DNA of 64,000 nucleotides from Lama guanicoe. Its lineage: Eukaryota. The stretch is taken from assembly GCA_013239625.1 (NCBI GenBank), contig MU054413.1, positions 4,482,861 through 4,546,860 on the forward strand. Direction: 5' to 3'. How positions within the stretch are numbered: the stretch's first letter is position 1; each line of letters starts with the position of its first letter. Below are positions 1-10,931 of the stretch, piece after piece. Below the pieces are notes generated by a model. That model was not told the origin of the DNA. It did no database searches and worked only from the letters and a program-made list of their open reading frames with translations. Position numbers and translations under genes: made by a program.

Positions 1-626
1 AACTAGTGTGGGGCTGCTAGTCTGACCTGAGAGAGGTGGCGGAAGGAAGAGGCTGCACTGCTGGGTTTGGGAACTGCCTGGGCTCCAGGTAGGGAGGGCG
101 GAGCTGCATTCTCCAGGCCAGGCGAGTAACCAGTGGACAATGAGCCAGTTGGGGGTAAAGGGGAAGCAGAGGCTGGGGTCTGGGAGTTGGAGCATCAAAG
201 GGACAGACAAGCTCACCCGGGCACATGTGAAAAGCGGCCCCTTGCCAGGTTGGACTTGGGCTTGAAAAAGAGCCAAAAACCAGAGGCAGCCATGTGCCCC
301 CCACCCCCGCAAAAATAAAAGGCGTTCATTCCTTTTGGAGACAAGCAAAGGGAGATTCAGACAGCAAAAGGCCGGGATATTCATTCCTGGTAAGATCTGG
401 GAATCAGGAAGGGTTGGGAGCAGCTGTGGGAGGGTCGAGGAGGATGAAAAGCTGTCTGGGGAGGAGGGTACAGAGACCTGGATGTAAGGGCCAAGCAGCA
501 GAATTATCAAATGCGCTGCAGCCTGGGGAAGCTACACGCAAAATGAAACAAAGGCATATTAAGTATCAAAGAGCATCTTAGCAGCTGAAAGGCTGTGGAA
601 GAACAGAGGCATGTGTGAGAGCATGA

Positions 627-643
627 GTGTGTGTGTGTGTGTG
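627..643 (+). repeat. (GT)8 microsatellite
   Basis: Direct read. Confidence 0.9.
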
Positions 644-2436
644 AGGGGGGAGGGAGGGGGTAGAGCTCTGAGATCCAGTGATGGGGCAGGACTCAGGGGT
701 ACCCAGCAGGCGAGTCTGCGAGGCAGCAGCCTCTCAAACCATGCCCTGGGGGAGAGGGGAGGAAGATTCAGGCAGAGCAAGGCAGAAAGAGCTTCCAGGA
801 GCACACAAATGGGGTTCGCTGTTCAATGAAATATACTAACGACGCATTTTCAAATGCTTTCATATCATCAGTTTACTACATCCACACAAGACCTCTGAAG
901 TGGTCCCCTTCCCCATCACAGGCGAGTCAGGGCAGAAGAACCAGTCTTCCACACTGGGCACCCCCTTCCCCTCTGTTCCCTCCCGACACATCTGAGTTCC
1001 TATTCTCATACCCATGAGAATCCCCAGGAGCACCTCAAGCCACCTTGGGAAGATGGGCACTGCCTGTTCCCCCCTGCCCCACCCATGGGTCATCGCAGCC
1101 TGATTATCTTTGCAGCCTGTCCCCTCTGCTTCTTACCGGTTCCAATCACCTTCTGCAGCCTTGTCCTTTCTCTCCTGAATTATGATGCGCCCCATCATTT
1201 ATCTCAGTCACCAATCTCGCCTCCTGCCAACCTGCACTCCACAAGGCGGCCAGAGGAATTTTTCCACAAATGGATTCTGTTCACCTCTTTCCAATGTGTC
1301 CCCAGAGGCTGCCCAGGACCTGGTAGACAGGAGATGCTCAAAGGATGCTGAAATGAGTGAGAGAGCTGGGCTACCCAGGGGAAAGCCAAGATGTTCTAGA
1401 GCGAGAGCATGAACCCTGAGGGCCATGATGAGATTTGAGGGGCTCACTTCTGCAACTCTGGCACCAGCACAGGCTACGCAGCCAACACAACTAACGGACT
1501 GAAATGAATCACAGCTACATAAGCTGACGGGAAGGAGACGGGAGAGATGGACAGACACTGCGCACGCTGCATCTGAAACCCAGACGACCAGGGAAATACC
1601 TGTGACCTGGCACCCTGTGGCTTTTAAACCTGCCAGCAGCTCCCCACTCCTCGGGGGTGGAGCCCTGGCCCCAGGAGCATTACCCCAAATGGACTCCTAT
1701 CACTATGTGTCTAGGATGGTGCTGTCATCAAATAAAATCTATAACCCACACAAGTGACACCTGTTTTGTGACATGCACACCCAGTGGTGGGTCACTCCAA
1801 AATGGGGAATGAAAGGTAAGCAGTTTACAGAAAGAATATCTATTCGTATAACTTGGAAGGCCAGCTGTGGCCTTCCTCTGCTGGTGGGTTAGCACTGGTC
1901 GTGTCGCTGTGTCCGCCGTGTGGGGGCTGGCAGAGGAGGGCCTCCCCAGAGCATCTCACCCAGCGCTCTCTGCAGACACTGCTGCCTGTCCTCCTGCCTC
2001 GCAGACCAGGCCACACCCTCCTACCCTCTGACTTTCCTCTTTCATCTCCCCAAACACGGGGTCCTGCCTGGGACCATTTCTCAGGGAAGTGTGGGGTTCA
2101 GAGACAGTGAAGACTCCTGCCTGCGCTTGAGGACCAGGGTTCCACTCCTCAGATCCGTGCAGAGAAAGGGAGGAGTGATGAGTACTAGGGACGGAAGGGC
2201 AAAAGGGTTGTTGAGATGACCTGGCTGGTTGAGAGGCCTGGGCTGGTCTCTCCATCTCATCTGTAAAGTGGGGAGACAATAAGAGGAACCTCTGCTCACA
2301 GACCTGGCATGAGGAGCTCAAAGATGAAGAAAGAGCCCAAGTTTTAAATCACAGAGATGATGAGAGATGGCAAGTCTTGTGTGAGTCTCAGCTGGAAACT
2401 CAGGAGTTACAAAATGCCCACTATCTCCTGCCTCTG

Positions 2437-2737
2437 GAAGGCAGAGTGGCCAAGAGCATAGATTCCAGCCAGACCACCTGAGTTCAAGTCCCAGCTCAGC
2501 CACTTAGCAGCTGTGTGACCTTGGATAACTCACTTAACCTCTCTGTGCTCTGGTTTTCCCTTTGGCAAAATGGGATACAAATAATATAATAATACTATAA
2601 AAATATAAATGATAAATATTACCTACCTCCTAAGTTGTCATGAGGACTAAACAAGCTGATAGACATAAAATGCCAGTACAACGCCTGGCATATAGGAAGG
2701 GCTGTAAGAATAAACTGTTACTGTTTCTATTGTTATC
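2437..2737 (+). mobile_element. MIR SINE, near full length, with internal AT-rich expansion
   Basis: MIR core gagttcaagtcccagctcagccacttagcagctgtgtgaccttggataactcacttaacctctctgtg...aaaatgggata, and 3' part acctacctcctaagttgtcatgaggactaaa...gcctggcatatag. Confidence 0.9.
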
Positions 2738-5700
2738 GATTATGAGGCTTCTGCGTCCTCATCTACATACTGTTGCTCAAATAAAATACAGTTTCCTTCA
2801 CCCGTCTCCAAGAGGCTCACAAAAATGCTTGTATGCCTTGGGCCCAGCCTTATACCACCTCCTTCACACTGGGCGCTCTTTGGGTGGGCAGTGTTGCTCC
2901 CCAGCAGTCCAGCAGTGCCCTGACCCAGTGTTTTCTCTTGCCAGACACCCTGGATTGGGCACACCCAGGCCCCCATGAAACTGAGCCCCAGCAGCTGCTC
3001 ACTTTGACTCAGCTCAGGTGGCCAGTCTGGGCAGACCCCTCCTTCCTCAAGAGTGCCTGGGTGGCAGGCAGACCCTTGGCCCCTCCTCAGTCTCCACGCC
3101 CTCATGTGTCCAGCAGGAGGTGGGACAAGGGCCAAGGTCAGGAATCTTGCTCTGAGCCGTGACCCGCGAGAACAGAGCTACCCATGGATTATCATCTGCC
3201 CATCCTCCTCTGTGGGCCCACCACTGCTCGGTGCCCCAGAAATAGACAAAAGGGCCCCCTCCCTGCCTGTACCTTCAGGTCATCTCCTCCCAGGAAACAG
3301 CACAGAAGGCACGTGACTGTGAAGGGTCAGAGCCAGGGGCAAAGAATCAGAGCCTGTGGGCTGGGGCAGTGGCTGCTTGGCCTCAGATCAGGTATCTGCC
3401 CTGTGTGGCCACTGACCCAGTGAGGCAGCCTGTGCCATGTGTGCATCTGTGCAATGGGGTGACAGCACCCTGCTATGCACAGAGAGGACCTAATGGGGTC
3501 ATGGGGGTGGACAGACAGGCCTTTAGTTTTCCCAACAGCCTGGCACCCTCTGCCTCACTGGAGTCTCACAACCCCCAGCGAGGGGCTGGCCAAGGATGAG
3601 GCTGTTTTATGAATCAGAAATGGAGGCCCAAGAGGAGATGATTCAACCACAGTCACACCACAGGACAGCGGCTGTGCAGCTGGTCTGGGATGGTTTCCCT
3701 TCCCCCCAACAAGTCAGTGATCTCACCCATCTGAGAGCAAGCACATCCCAGGAGATGGCTCCGTGCCTCCCACCCACCCCCTCTCCCACAATCCACCACC
3801 ACCCCAGCTCACTGTCCCTGGTCTGCTACCAACTTCCTGTGTGACCTCGGGCAACTTCCTTCCCTCTCCGGGCTGTATGTAAAAGAGGGGCGAGCATTTG
3901 TACTTTCTGAAGTCGGTGGCCCCAGGAGTCAGCCCTGGTCTCACATCAAGGTCTCGTCTCTTGGGGCTGAGGCCCACCCTGACCCCCTCGCAATCCCGCA
4001 GGTGCTGTGGGTGAAATGAGCTGTCCATCCTCATGCCTGGACCCTCCCCCTCCTCACCAGGGTGGGCTACAGGTGGAAGTGACTCCAGAGCTCTCACCTT
4101 GCCCAGGTGCCCTGTTTACTAAGGCCTCGAGCCGAGCCGGGAGTGGATCTGCTGAGGTCTGACAGCCGATGTGAGCAGGACCCAGGTGTGATGGGGCCCC
4201 GCGGGTGGGCAGGAGGGGAGGACTCTGCACCCTGAGCTTCTGGGGCCACAGAGGGGTTAGAACGACAGGAAACACTGTCCCTGGGGGGTCGCAGGATGGA
4301 CTTTAGTGGCCTTGATGGCTGACCCCTGGAACAGAAAGCCAGAGATGTTCTCCCTGGGGGGAAATCTTGTCCTGCTGCAAAACAGTCATATCATTGCACT
4401 CCCAGCAGCAGCAGCAGCACACGGTCCTGAGTTTCAGTTACTTCCGGCTTTTCTAGATCATTCGCACTTTGCCCCCTGCTCTGTCATCTCTCATCACCGT
4501 GGCTAAGAAAGTCAAAGCAAGGAGGGATCGCCTGCTGGCCCTTTGGCCGCAAGTGACCCCGTCTCTCTCCGTCTCCACCCACTCCCCTTATCCCCGCTCC
4601 CTCAGTCCCCACGTGCAGGTGGCTGACCCAGTGAGTGGCGTGCAGTCCCATCCCATCCCACGACTCGCAGGGAGGCTCACGGCCTGCCCCACTCAGCCCT
4701 ACCTGCTTCCCCGCGCTGGGCAGATCCTGCCATCTCAGGTCCTGCTGTTCAGCCTGGCAGGAGAGGGCCTCTGGGCCGTTCCCTTCCTCCAGTGTTCCCA
4801 CCCCTTCTCCCCAAGGGCTGTCCGGGTTGGCAGGAGCTGAGTGTCTCCAGGCCTGTGAACTCACCCTGGGAACTGAACTCTAGGGAACCTTGAGGCCGGC
4901 AGGGCTGATTCCCAAACCAGTTTGGCTGTCCCTCAACCTTGTGGAGCAGGATGTTTGGACCCAAGAGGAGACGTCAGACAGGTTGAGCCTGTCTATGGAC
5001 TTAAGGAAAATCCCAGCCTGGAAAATTCTCTCTCCACCTCACACTACCCTCTAGGCCTTCCTGGATAACTCAAATTCAAATGAAAAGACACTCAAAACAA
5101 GCTCAAGGGCTGCTTTCATCAGAAAGAGAATGCCCCTTTCTTCTTGGGGCTGTCACTCAGTCCTGCTAGTCTGAGGGATGGGCCTGGACAGAGGCACCCA
5201 CCAAAGAACGGCCCTGTGTACTACACCCCCATGAGGGGCCGCTAACGCACCCCTGGCCCCCTGGCTCTCAGAAGCCACCTGGTGGCAGTGAAGTCACAGC
5301 CCCCATCTTAGAGATGAGGGGCAAGCACAGAGAAGCTAGGACACACCAGAGCTTGCAGCAGGCCAGAACCAAAGCAGGACATCTCCTGCCTGAGATGTTT
5401 GCTGGCAGTGGGGCAGGCATGCGGAGCTAGACCACCTAAGCTGAAATTATGCAGCATTAGTAGCCAAGCAAGTGTTCTGGAGAGGGGAGGGGCCCTGAAC
5501 CACTCACAGCAGATTGAGGCCTCTGTGCACCCGAACCCCATATTCCTGGGTTCCAACAGGACAGACTTCTTTGGCTACCCATGGATGGACCAGAATTATC
5601 ACGGCAGGGAGTCTCCCTACCTCCATCTCGCTCAAGGCAGCACTGGAGCAGGATGGAGATCTGCAGGCCCAGGGTGGTGAGGATGATCCCCTCTGCCACC

Positions 5701-7079
5701 ACGGGCCTTGGGATGACACTCCCAGTGCACCTGCAAGACAAGACCTGCTCCACACCTGCCCGCCTACAGGCCCCAGAGCCATGCCCCCAGGAACCTGAGC
5801 TCATGCTCCTCATTCCAACAGGCCACCTGGCCAGTCGGTTCTCTTCTACACAGACAGCTTGCCCAGGGGTTAAACACCACTGCTGTTGCTCACTCTCAGG
5901 AAGCCCGAGGGGTAAGGAGGGGTTACGGGAATCAATTTCTTCCCTGCGTAATTTACTTTTCTGAGGCTTCCCAGCTGGGTACTCACAGTTTGGCTGTGTC
6001 CTCCTGCTCCCAGCAAAAGAAGGAGAGGTCGGCGCGAGGCCGGGCCCCTCCCAAGGTCAAGCAGACCCCCGAGACCAAACACACAACTGTCCACCTTTGT
6101 GGACAGCAAGAGGGCTGTGAGTCTGAGCGCTAGGAGCCCTTGCTGAGCACTCCCTCCATCCGCTCCAGCCACTATGTCTGCGATTCCTTCTCCCCACTCC
6201 AGGCTTGTCAGGCCTGAGCACCAGGCAAGTGGCTGAGAGGTGGAGGCAGGGCTCCGAGCCAGCTCAAGTCACTCTGCAAATTAGGTAGGTCTTTTAGCTC
6301 AGGGGCACAAGACCTGGACCCATGGGTGGCACTTGGTGGCAGATTCAGATGCTCCTTCCTGACCCCGTATGGTGGGAGATGACAACCTTCTAGTGGGTTC
6401 CTTACCCAAAATTGTGTTGCAGGGTTTTCTCTCTTATCTGTTTATCCAGCAAAAATCACCCGATTGCCCGCACATTTCACATTTCTATTCTATTAGCCTC
6501 CTAATTGGTCACTCCACTCCTTTTCAGGGAAACCCGGAGTGTGGACGTTCGATGGAGCCCTGGAAACCCCCCACGCCTGGCTGTCACGACCCCTCCAGGT
6601 GCCCAGCAGGGGATGACCTGGCTGCCCTGGACGCCAGATTGGCCTTCATTTCTCCCACCGGGCTCTCCTTCTAAACTGCAGGGGCCCTGGATGCGTCTTA
6701 AGAGTCTATTTTTCATTCTTTTAGCACACGATCTATACTTGTTTTATTTATGTATTGGTAGACACCATTTGAAGAAAACCTGACATAGAGACTGAATTTA
6801 TAGAATACTTCGAGGGGGAGGGGGCAGGAAATGAGAGAGTTTTTTTTCTCTTTGCAGAAGCTCCTTTACATGATGAAATGATTCTGTGAGGTTTCTTTAA
6901 ATATCCAGCTGCCTTGTTGCAATGAAAGTAAGAATCATTTATAAGAATTCCATTTACATCTAGTGCTTCCTTGGCTGCACCTGTTACTCAAGAGTGTAAC
7001 ACACCTGGGTGATGTCTGGGTGACTGTGGCCCGGGTGGTGAGGTCCCAGGGCAAGAATGAAGCACCTGGGTTTCCAGGC

Positions 7080-7267
7080 CAGGGCTTTCTCAATCTTGTC
7101 TGTGCATTAGAAGCATCTGGAAAGCTTGTTCAAATCCAGAGTGCTGGGCCTCACTCCCAGTGGGGTTTCTGATTCAGTGGGTCTGGGGTGGAGCTGAAAG
7201 AATTTGCATTTCTAACCAGTTCCCAGGTGATGCTGCTGGTCTGGGGACCCCAGTTTGAGAACCACTT
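7080..7267. mobile_element. MER5A (hAT-Charlie MITE)
   Basis: Terminal repeats cagggctttctcaa / tttgagaaccact. Diagnostic interior tttctgattcagtgggtctggggtgg...aatttgcatttctaaccagttcccaggtgatgctg. Right flank ctctagac fits the NTCTAGAN target. Confidence 0.92.
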
Positions 7268-7479
7268 CTCTAGACTGAGGGGTGAAGCTCAGCTGCCATT
7301 TGCTGCATGAAAGGAGGGGGAGGGCACCACTCCTCCCTCTCCCCTTCATGCAAGCTCTCAGGCCAGAAGTCCTGTGTGCCTGGCAGATGGTCTCCGACAC
7401 TGCTGCTAACTTCCCCGGATCTTTATGTTCAAGGCTCTGGAGGTTTGACCCCCTGACTGTTCCTGGCAGTGGTCCAGGG

Positions 7480-7640
7480 GAAAGAACACTGGGCAGGGAG
7501 TCAGAAGTGGGTGAGCCCGGGTTTGATCTACTGTGGGAACCATGCAATCTTGAGCAAGACCCTGGTAGCTATGTGCACCTCAGTTTCTTCACCTGCATGT
7601 AAACCTGCCTCACCCACCTGCTCTAAAGGTGTAATGAGGC
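7480..7640 (+). mobile_element. MIR fragment
   Basis: gaaagaacactgggcagggagtcagaa...cttgagcaag...cctcagtttcttcacctg. Confidence 0.7.
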
Positions 7641-8669
7641 AAACTTGGCAGTGGCTCCTGCAGACAGAGAACTTGATTTAGGCCAGGCACTGTTCTGAAC
7701 ACTTTGCATGCACCATCTCATTCAGGCCAACACTCTAGGAGGTAACTTCTACTGCCTCCTCATAACCATTTCCGGCTCCACCACTCACCACTGTGTGAGC
7801 TGTGTGGCCCTGAGCCCTCTCTGCCTTGAGGCCTGCCTCACAGTGGCTGTAAAAACTGAGCTGGATCCTGCAGGGCTCAGCATCCCTGTGGCTCTCAGGA
7901 AGCAGCCCCAGGGCAGCTCCAAGTAGGCAGGCGGGGACAGACAGAGGCCTGGGCCATCTGCAGTTCAGGCTGGCTCCCTGTTTCTCTCCCAGAGCAGCTG
8001 GGGGAGGGAGCCGTCATTTGTTTAGGCCTCTGCAGTGTTTAATCACCAGGCAGCCCTCCCTCCCTCCCTCCCTCCTCCTGCTCCAGTGCCTGCTCTCTCC
8101 CTGCAGGAAAGAGCTCTCTGCCTTCTGCCTCTGAGGGAGGCCATGAAAAATTAACACAGCACCCAGAGAGAAGGAGACACCGGGGCAGGGAGGGGCGACA
8201 GAGCCAGGTGACCAGCTGGGGAGGACCAGCCGAGCAGGCACTAGTTGGGCAAGCTGGATCCCGAGGGGGCTCTGAAGGGCCCATGGGTCAAACAACTAAC
8301 CACCCAGCAGGCCACAGGGTCTTGGATGGCCGTCAGCCTGGGGGTCCAGAGCAAATCCACCTGCCTCTCAGGGAGCTAGAATGCAGGGTCTGGGACTTCC
8401 TGGGGTCCTGAGCCCTTGGAGAATCTGAGGACAGTGACAGATTCTCTGCCTCTGGTCTGCGGTGGGCCGGGTCATGCAGGGACATGCCCAGGGGAAGGTC
8501 AAGTGAGGCCAGGCAGAAACTGGACACACTCCTTTTCTCTGTTCATTTTCCTGACAGTCCTGGTATGGCAGGATCACTACCCCAATCTTCCAGGAGGAAA
8601 CTGCCTCTCAGAGAGGTTAAGGAACCTGCCCAACAACAACCAGCCAAAACAATCAACAGAATGGGACCG

Positions 8670-9030
8670 ACTTATTTTTAATTAATAAAACAACTTTTAT
8701 TTACCTAAGTAATGTGCAAATAGCTCCTTTAGAAAGCTAACATTTCAGCTAGAGACCAGAAGTGGGATGAGGGCCCACATTTGCCAGCCTCCAAACCCGT
8801 AGTTTTTCTATTTTATCTGACGATTCCACCTCACTGTTACATTTCGCCACCCTCCCTTCTTGACTTTTCAACAGTGACTTTTGAAGAAGTAATGTGTGCG
8901 TGTGATTAAAAATACACAGAAGTAGAAAAAAGGTATGTCTTCAAGAATGTGGTCTCCCCTTCCCAAGTCTTATGGCTCAGTCCCTCCCACCAGGGTAATC
9001 ACACTAGTGGCTTTGGTTTTCCTTCCAGAG
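8670..9030 (-). mobile_element. Ancient L1 (L1ME-like) 3' fragments
   Basis: AT-rich ttttatttacctaagtaatgtgcaaat...aagtaatgtgtgcg...aaaatacacagaagtagaaaa...gggtaatcacactagtggctttggttttccttccaga resembles old L1 3' ends. Confidence 0.5.
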
Positions 9031-9056
9031 TGATTCCCTCACTTTCACACATCACA

Positions 9057-9400
9057 GTCTTTGCAACATCTGCCTGGAAGGTTTCTGCCCTGGATATTCC
9101 CGTGCTTCAGTTCTCTCCATCTAGTCCTTATTCCTTACTCAGAGAGGGCTTCCCTGACCTTTCCAGTGTGTAGATGGCAACACCGCCCCTGCCACCCAAC
9201 TCCCTCTATTACCCTGCCCTGCTGGATCCTTCTCCCTGGCATGTGTTACCTTCTACCTGTTATCTTATTTATCATCCGATGCCCCACTCTCTGCACTGGA
9301 GCAAAAGCTCTTCCAGTGCAGGGGATTCTGTGTGCTGCATTCACTGCCATGTCCTCGGTACCCAGAACAATGCCTGACACATGGGTGACAATATCAGCAT
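9057..9400 (+). mobile_element. L2 LINE 3' end
   Basis: ctcagagagggcttccctgacc...aagctc...gcagggga...ttcactgccatgtcctcggtacccagaacaatgcctgacacat. Confidence 0.8.
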
Positions 9401-9604
9401 AAGCACAGCTTGTTCGGGCAGATCCCACCCTGACACAAATGATGGCATGTTGTACATGCTGGGCTCAGCCTCCTTTTTAGGAAGACAAGTCTCAGTTCAA
9501 ACTGACTGTCACTCCTAGAGGACAGAACTGTGTCTCTTCTACCTCCTTTCTCCCAAGGACCCAGCCTGGTCCAGAGCACATAGCGGATGGTCAGAATGAC
9601 CATA

Positions 9605-9800
9605 CTGGAAACTTGATCCCTACCTCACACCACAGACCAGAAAAAAAAAAAAAAAGCAAAATAACAGACTTTCTAGAAGATAATATAGGAGGAATATCTC
9701 CATGACTTTGGGATTGAGGATTTTCAAAGAGGACACAACAGCCACTAACCATAAGGGAAAGTTGAGAATTTTCCAACATTGAAGTGAAGAACTTCTGGTA
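9605..9800 (+). mobile_element. L1 ORF2-region remnant with internal A15 run
   Basis: aaacttgatccctacctcacacca...ttctagaagataatataggaggaatatctccatgactttggg...ggacacaacagccactaaccataagggaaa...aagaacttctg matches old L1M sequence. Confidence 0.8.
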
Positions 9801-10720
9801 TACTCCTTGAAGAGTGCGAAAAGGCTGGCCCAGGAAAGAGGAGAGTCTGAACAAGACAGGAGCCACACAGTGCATGGCAAGGCCAATGCTCAAGGGCCCC
9901 GGAAAATCAGGCTCCCCAAGACTGTCTGCAGTCACCCAGGAAGGCTTCCCAGAAGAGGTGGAAGGTGACTCCATCTCACTCCTCCCCCAGCTCCGGCCTT
10001 TTCCCTCTCCTCCAGGAAAAATCAGAGACTTAAGACAGACAGAATAGCCCCAGCCCCGCCTTCCCTGCCCCACGCAGAGATAACCAAGCAAGAAGAAACA
10101 AATGAGGGAGCCCAGGAGCCTGGCAGTGCCTTGAAAAGCTGGGCTTGACAGGGCAACAGCATTTAACACAGCTCACATCATCCATCACTGGGGCCCAGTC
10201 ATTTAGATACTGGGCATTTGATTAAACTAATATGGGCGGCTGGGGCGAGGCATGGCTGGGCGCTTCCTACCCTCGCCTACAAATGAGACCGTCACACACA
10301 ATCCGATTACCTTGACTGCCACATTTATCTCGGGAGAGGGGCCATCCATCACTCCTCAGCAGCTGGCTCTGCACATCCTCCCGCAGGAGGGGAGAGAAGT
10401 GGGCCCCCAAGTTTCAGCAGGCGGTGCTCACTCAGTCATTCATTCCATCACTTTCTCAGCAAATACCGGCCCAAATGCTGACCCGGGGGGCAGGTCTTGG
10501 GTGGGGCACTGGCCTGTAGAGCAAACACAGTCCTTGCCCTTGAGGGGCCCATGGAGGAGGTACGGGAGCTGGCAACAAAAGGCGAGCTCAGCATGCCACA
10601 CTGCCAAGTGGCCCCGGCGTGAGTCCCAGCCCCCTCTCCTCCAGCTGGGACTCTGAGTGTGCCATGTCACTGATCTGGTCCTCAACCTCACACTCGTGAA
10701 AGGGGATGATTAACACAGGG

Positions 10721-10931
10721 CAGCCAGTTCAAAATAACTCCTGCAGCGATGGAAATGTTGTCTATCTGTGCTGTTCAAATGGGAGCCACAGGCCACGTGT
10801 GGCTATTGAGCACTTTGTAACATGGCTACTGTGACCAAAAAGCTGAGTTTTAAATTGTATTTAATGTTACTTCATTAAATTTAAGTGTGACTGGCCACAT
10901 GGGGCCCTGGCTTCCATGTTGGACATCACTG
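10721..10931 (+). mobile_element. MER3 (hAT-Charlie)
   Basis: gatggaaatgttgtctatctgtgctgttcaaat...ggccacgtgtggctattgagcactt...ggccacatgg...ttggacatcactg. Confidence 0.88.

Noticed and set aside
4403-4417. (CAG)5 as a coding poly-Q/poly-A tract
   Set aside because: Too short and not in an exon-like context.
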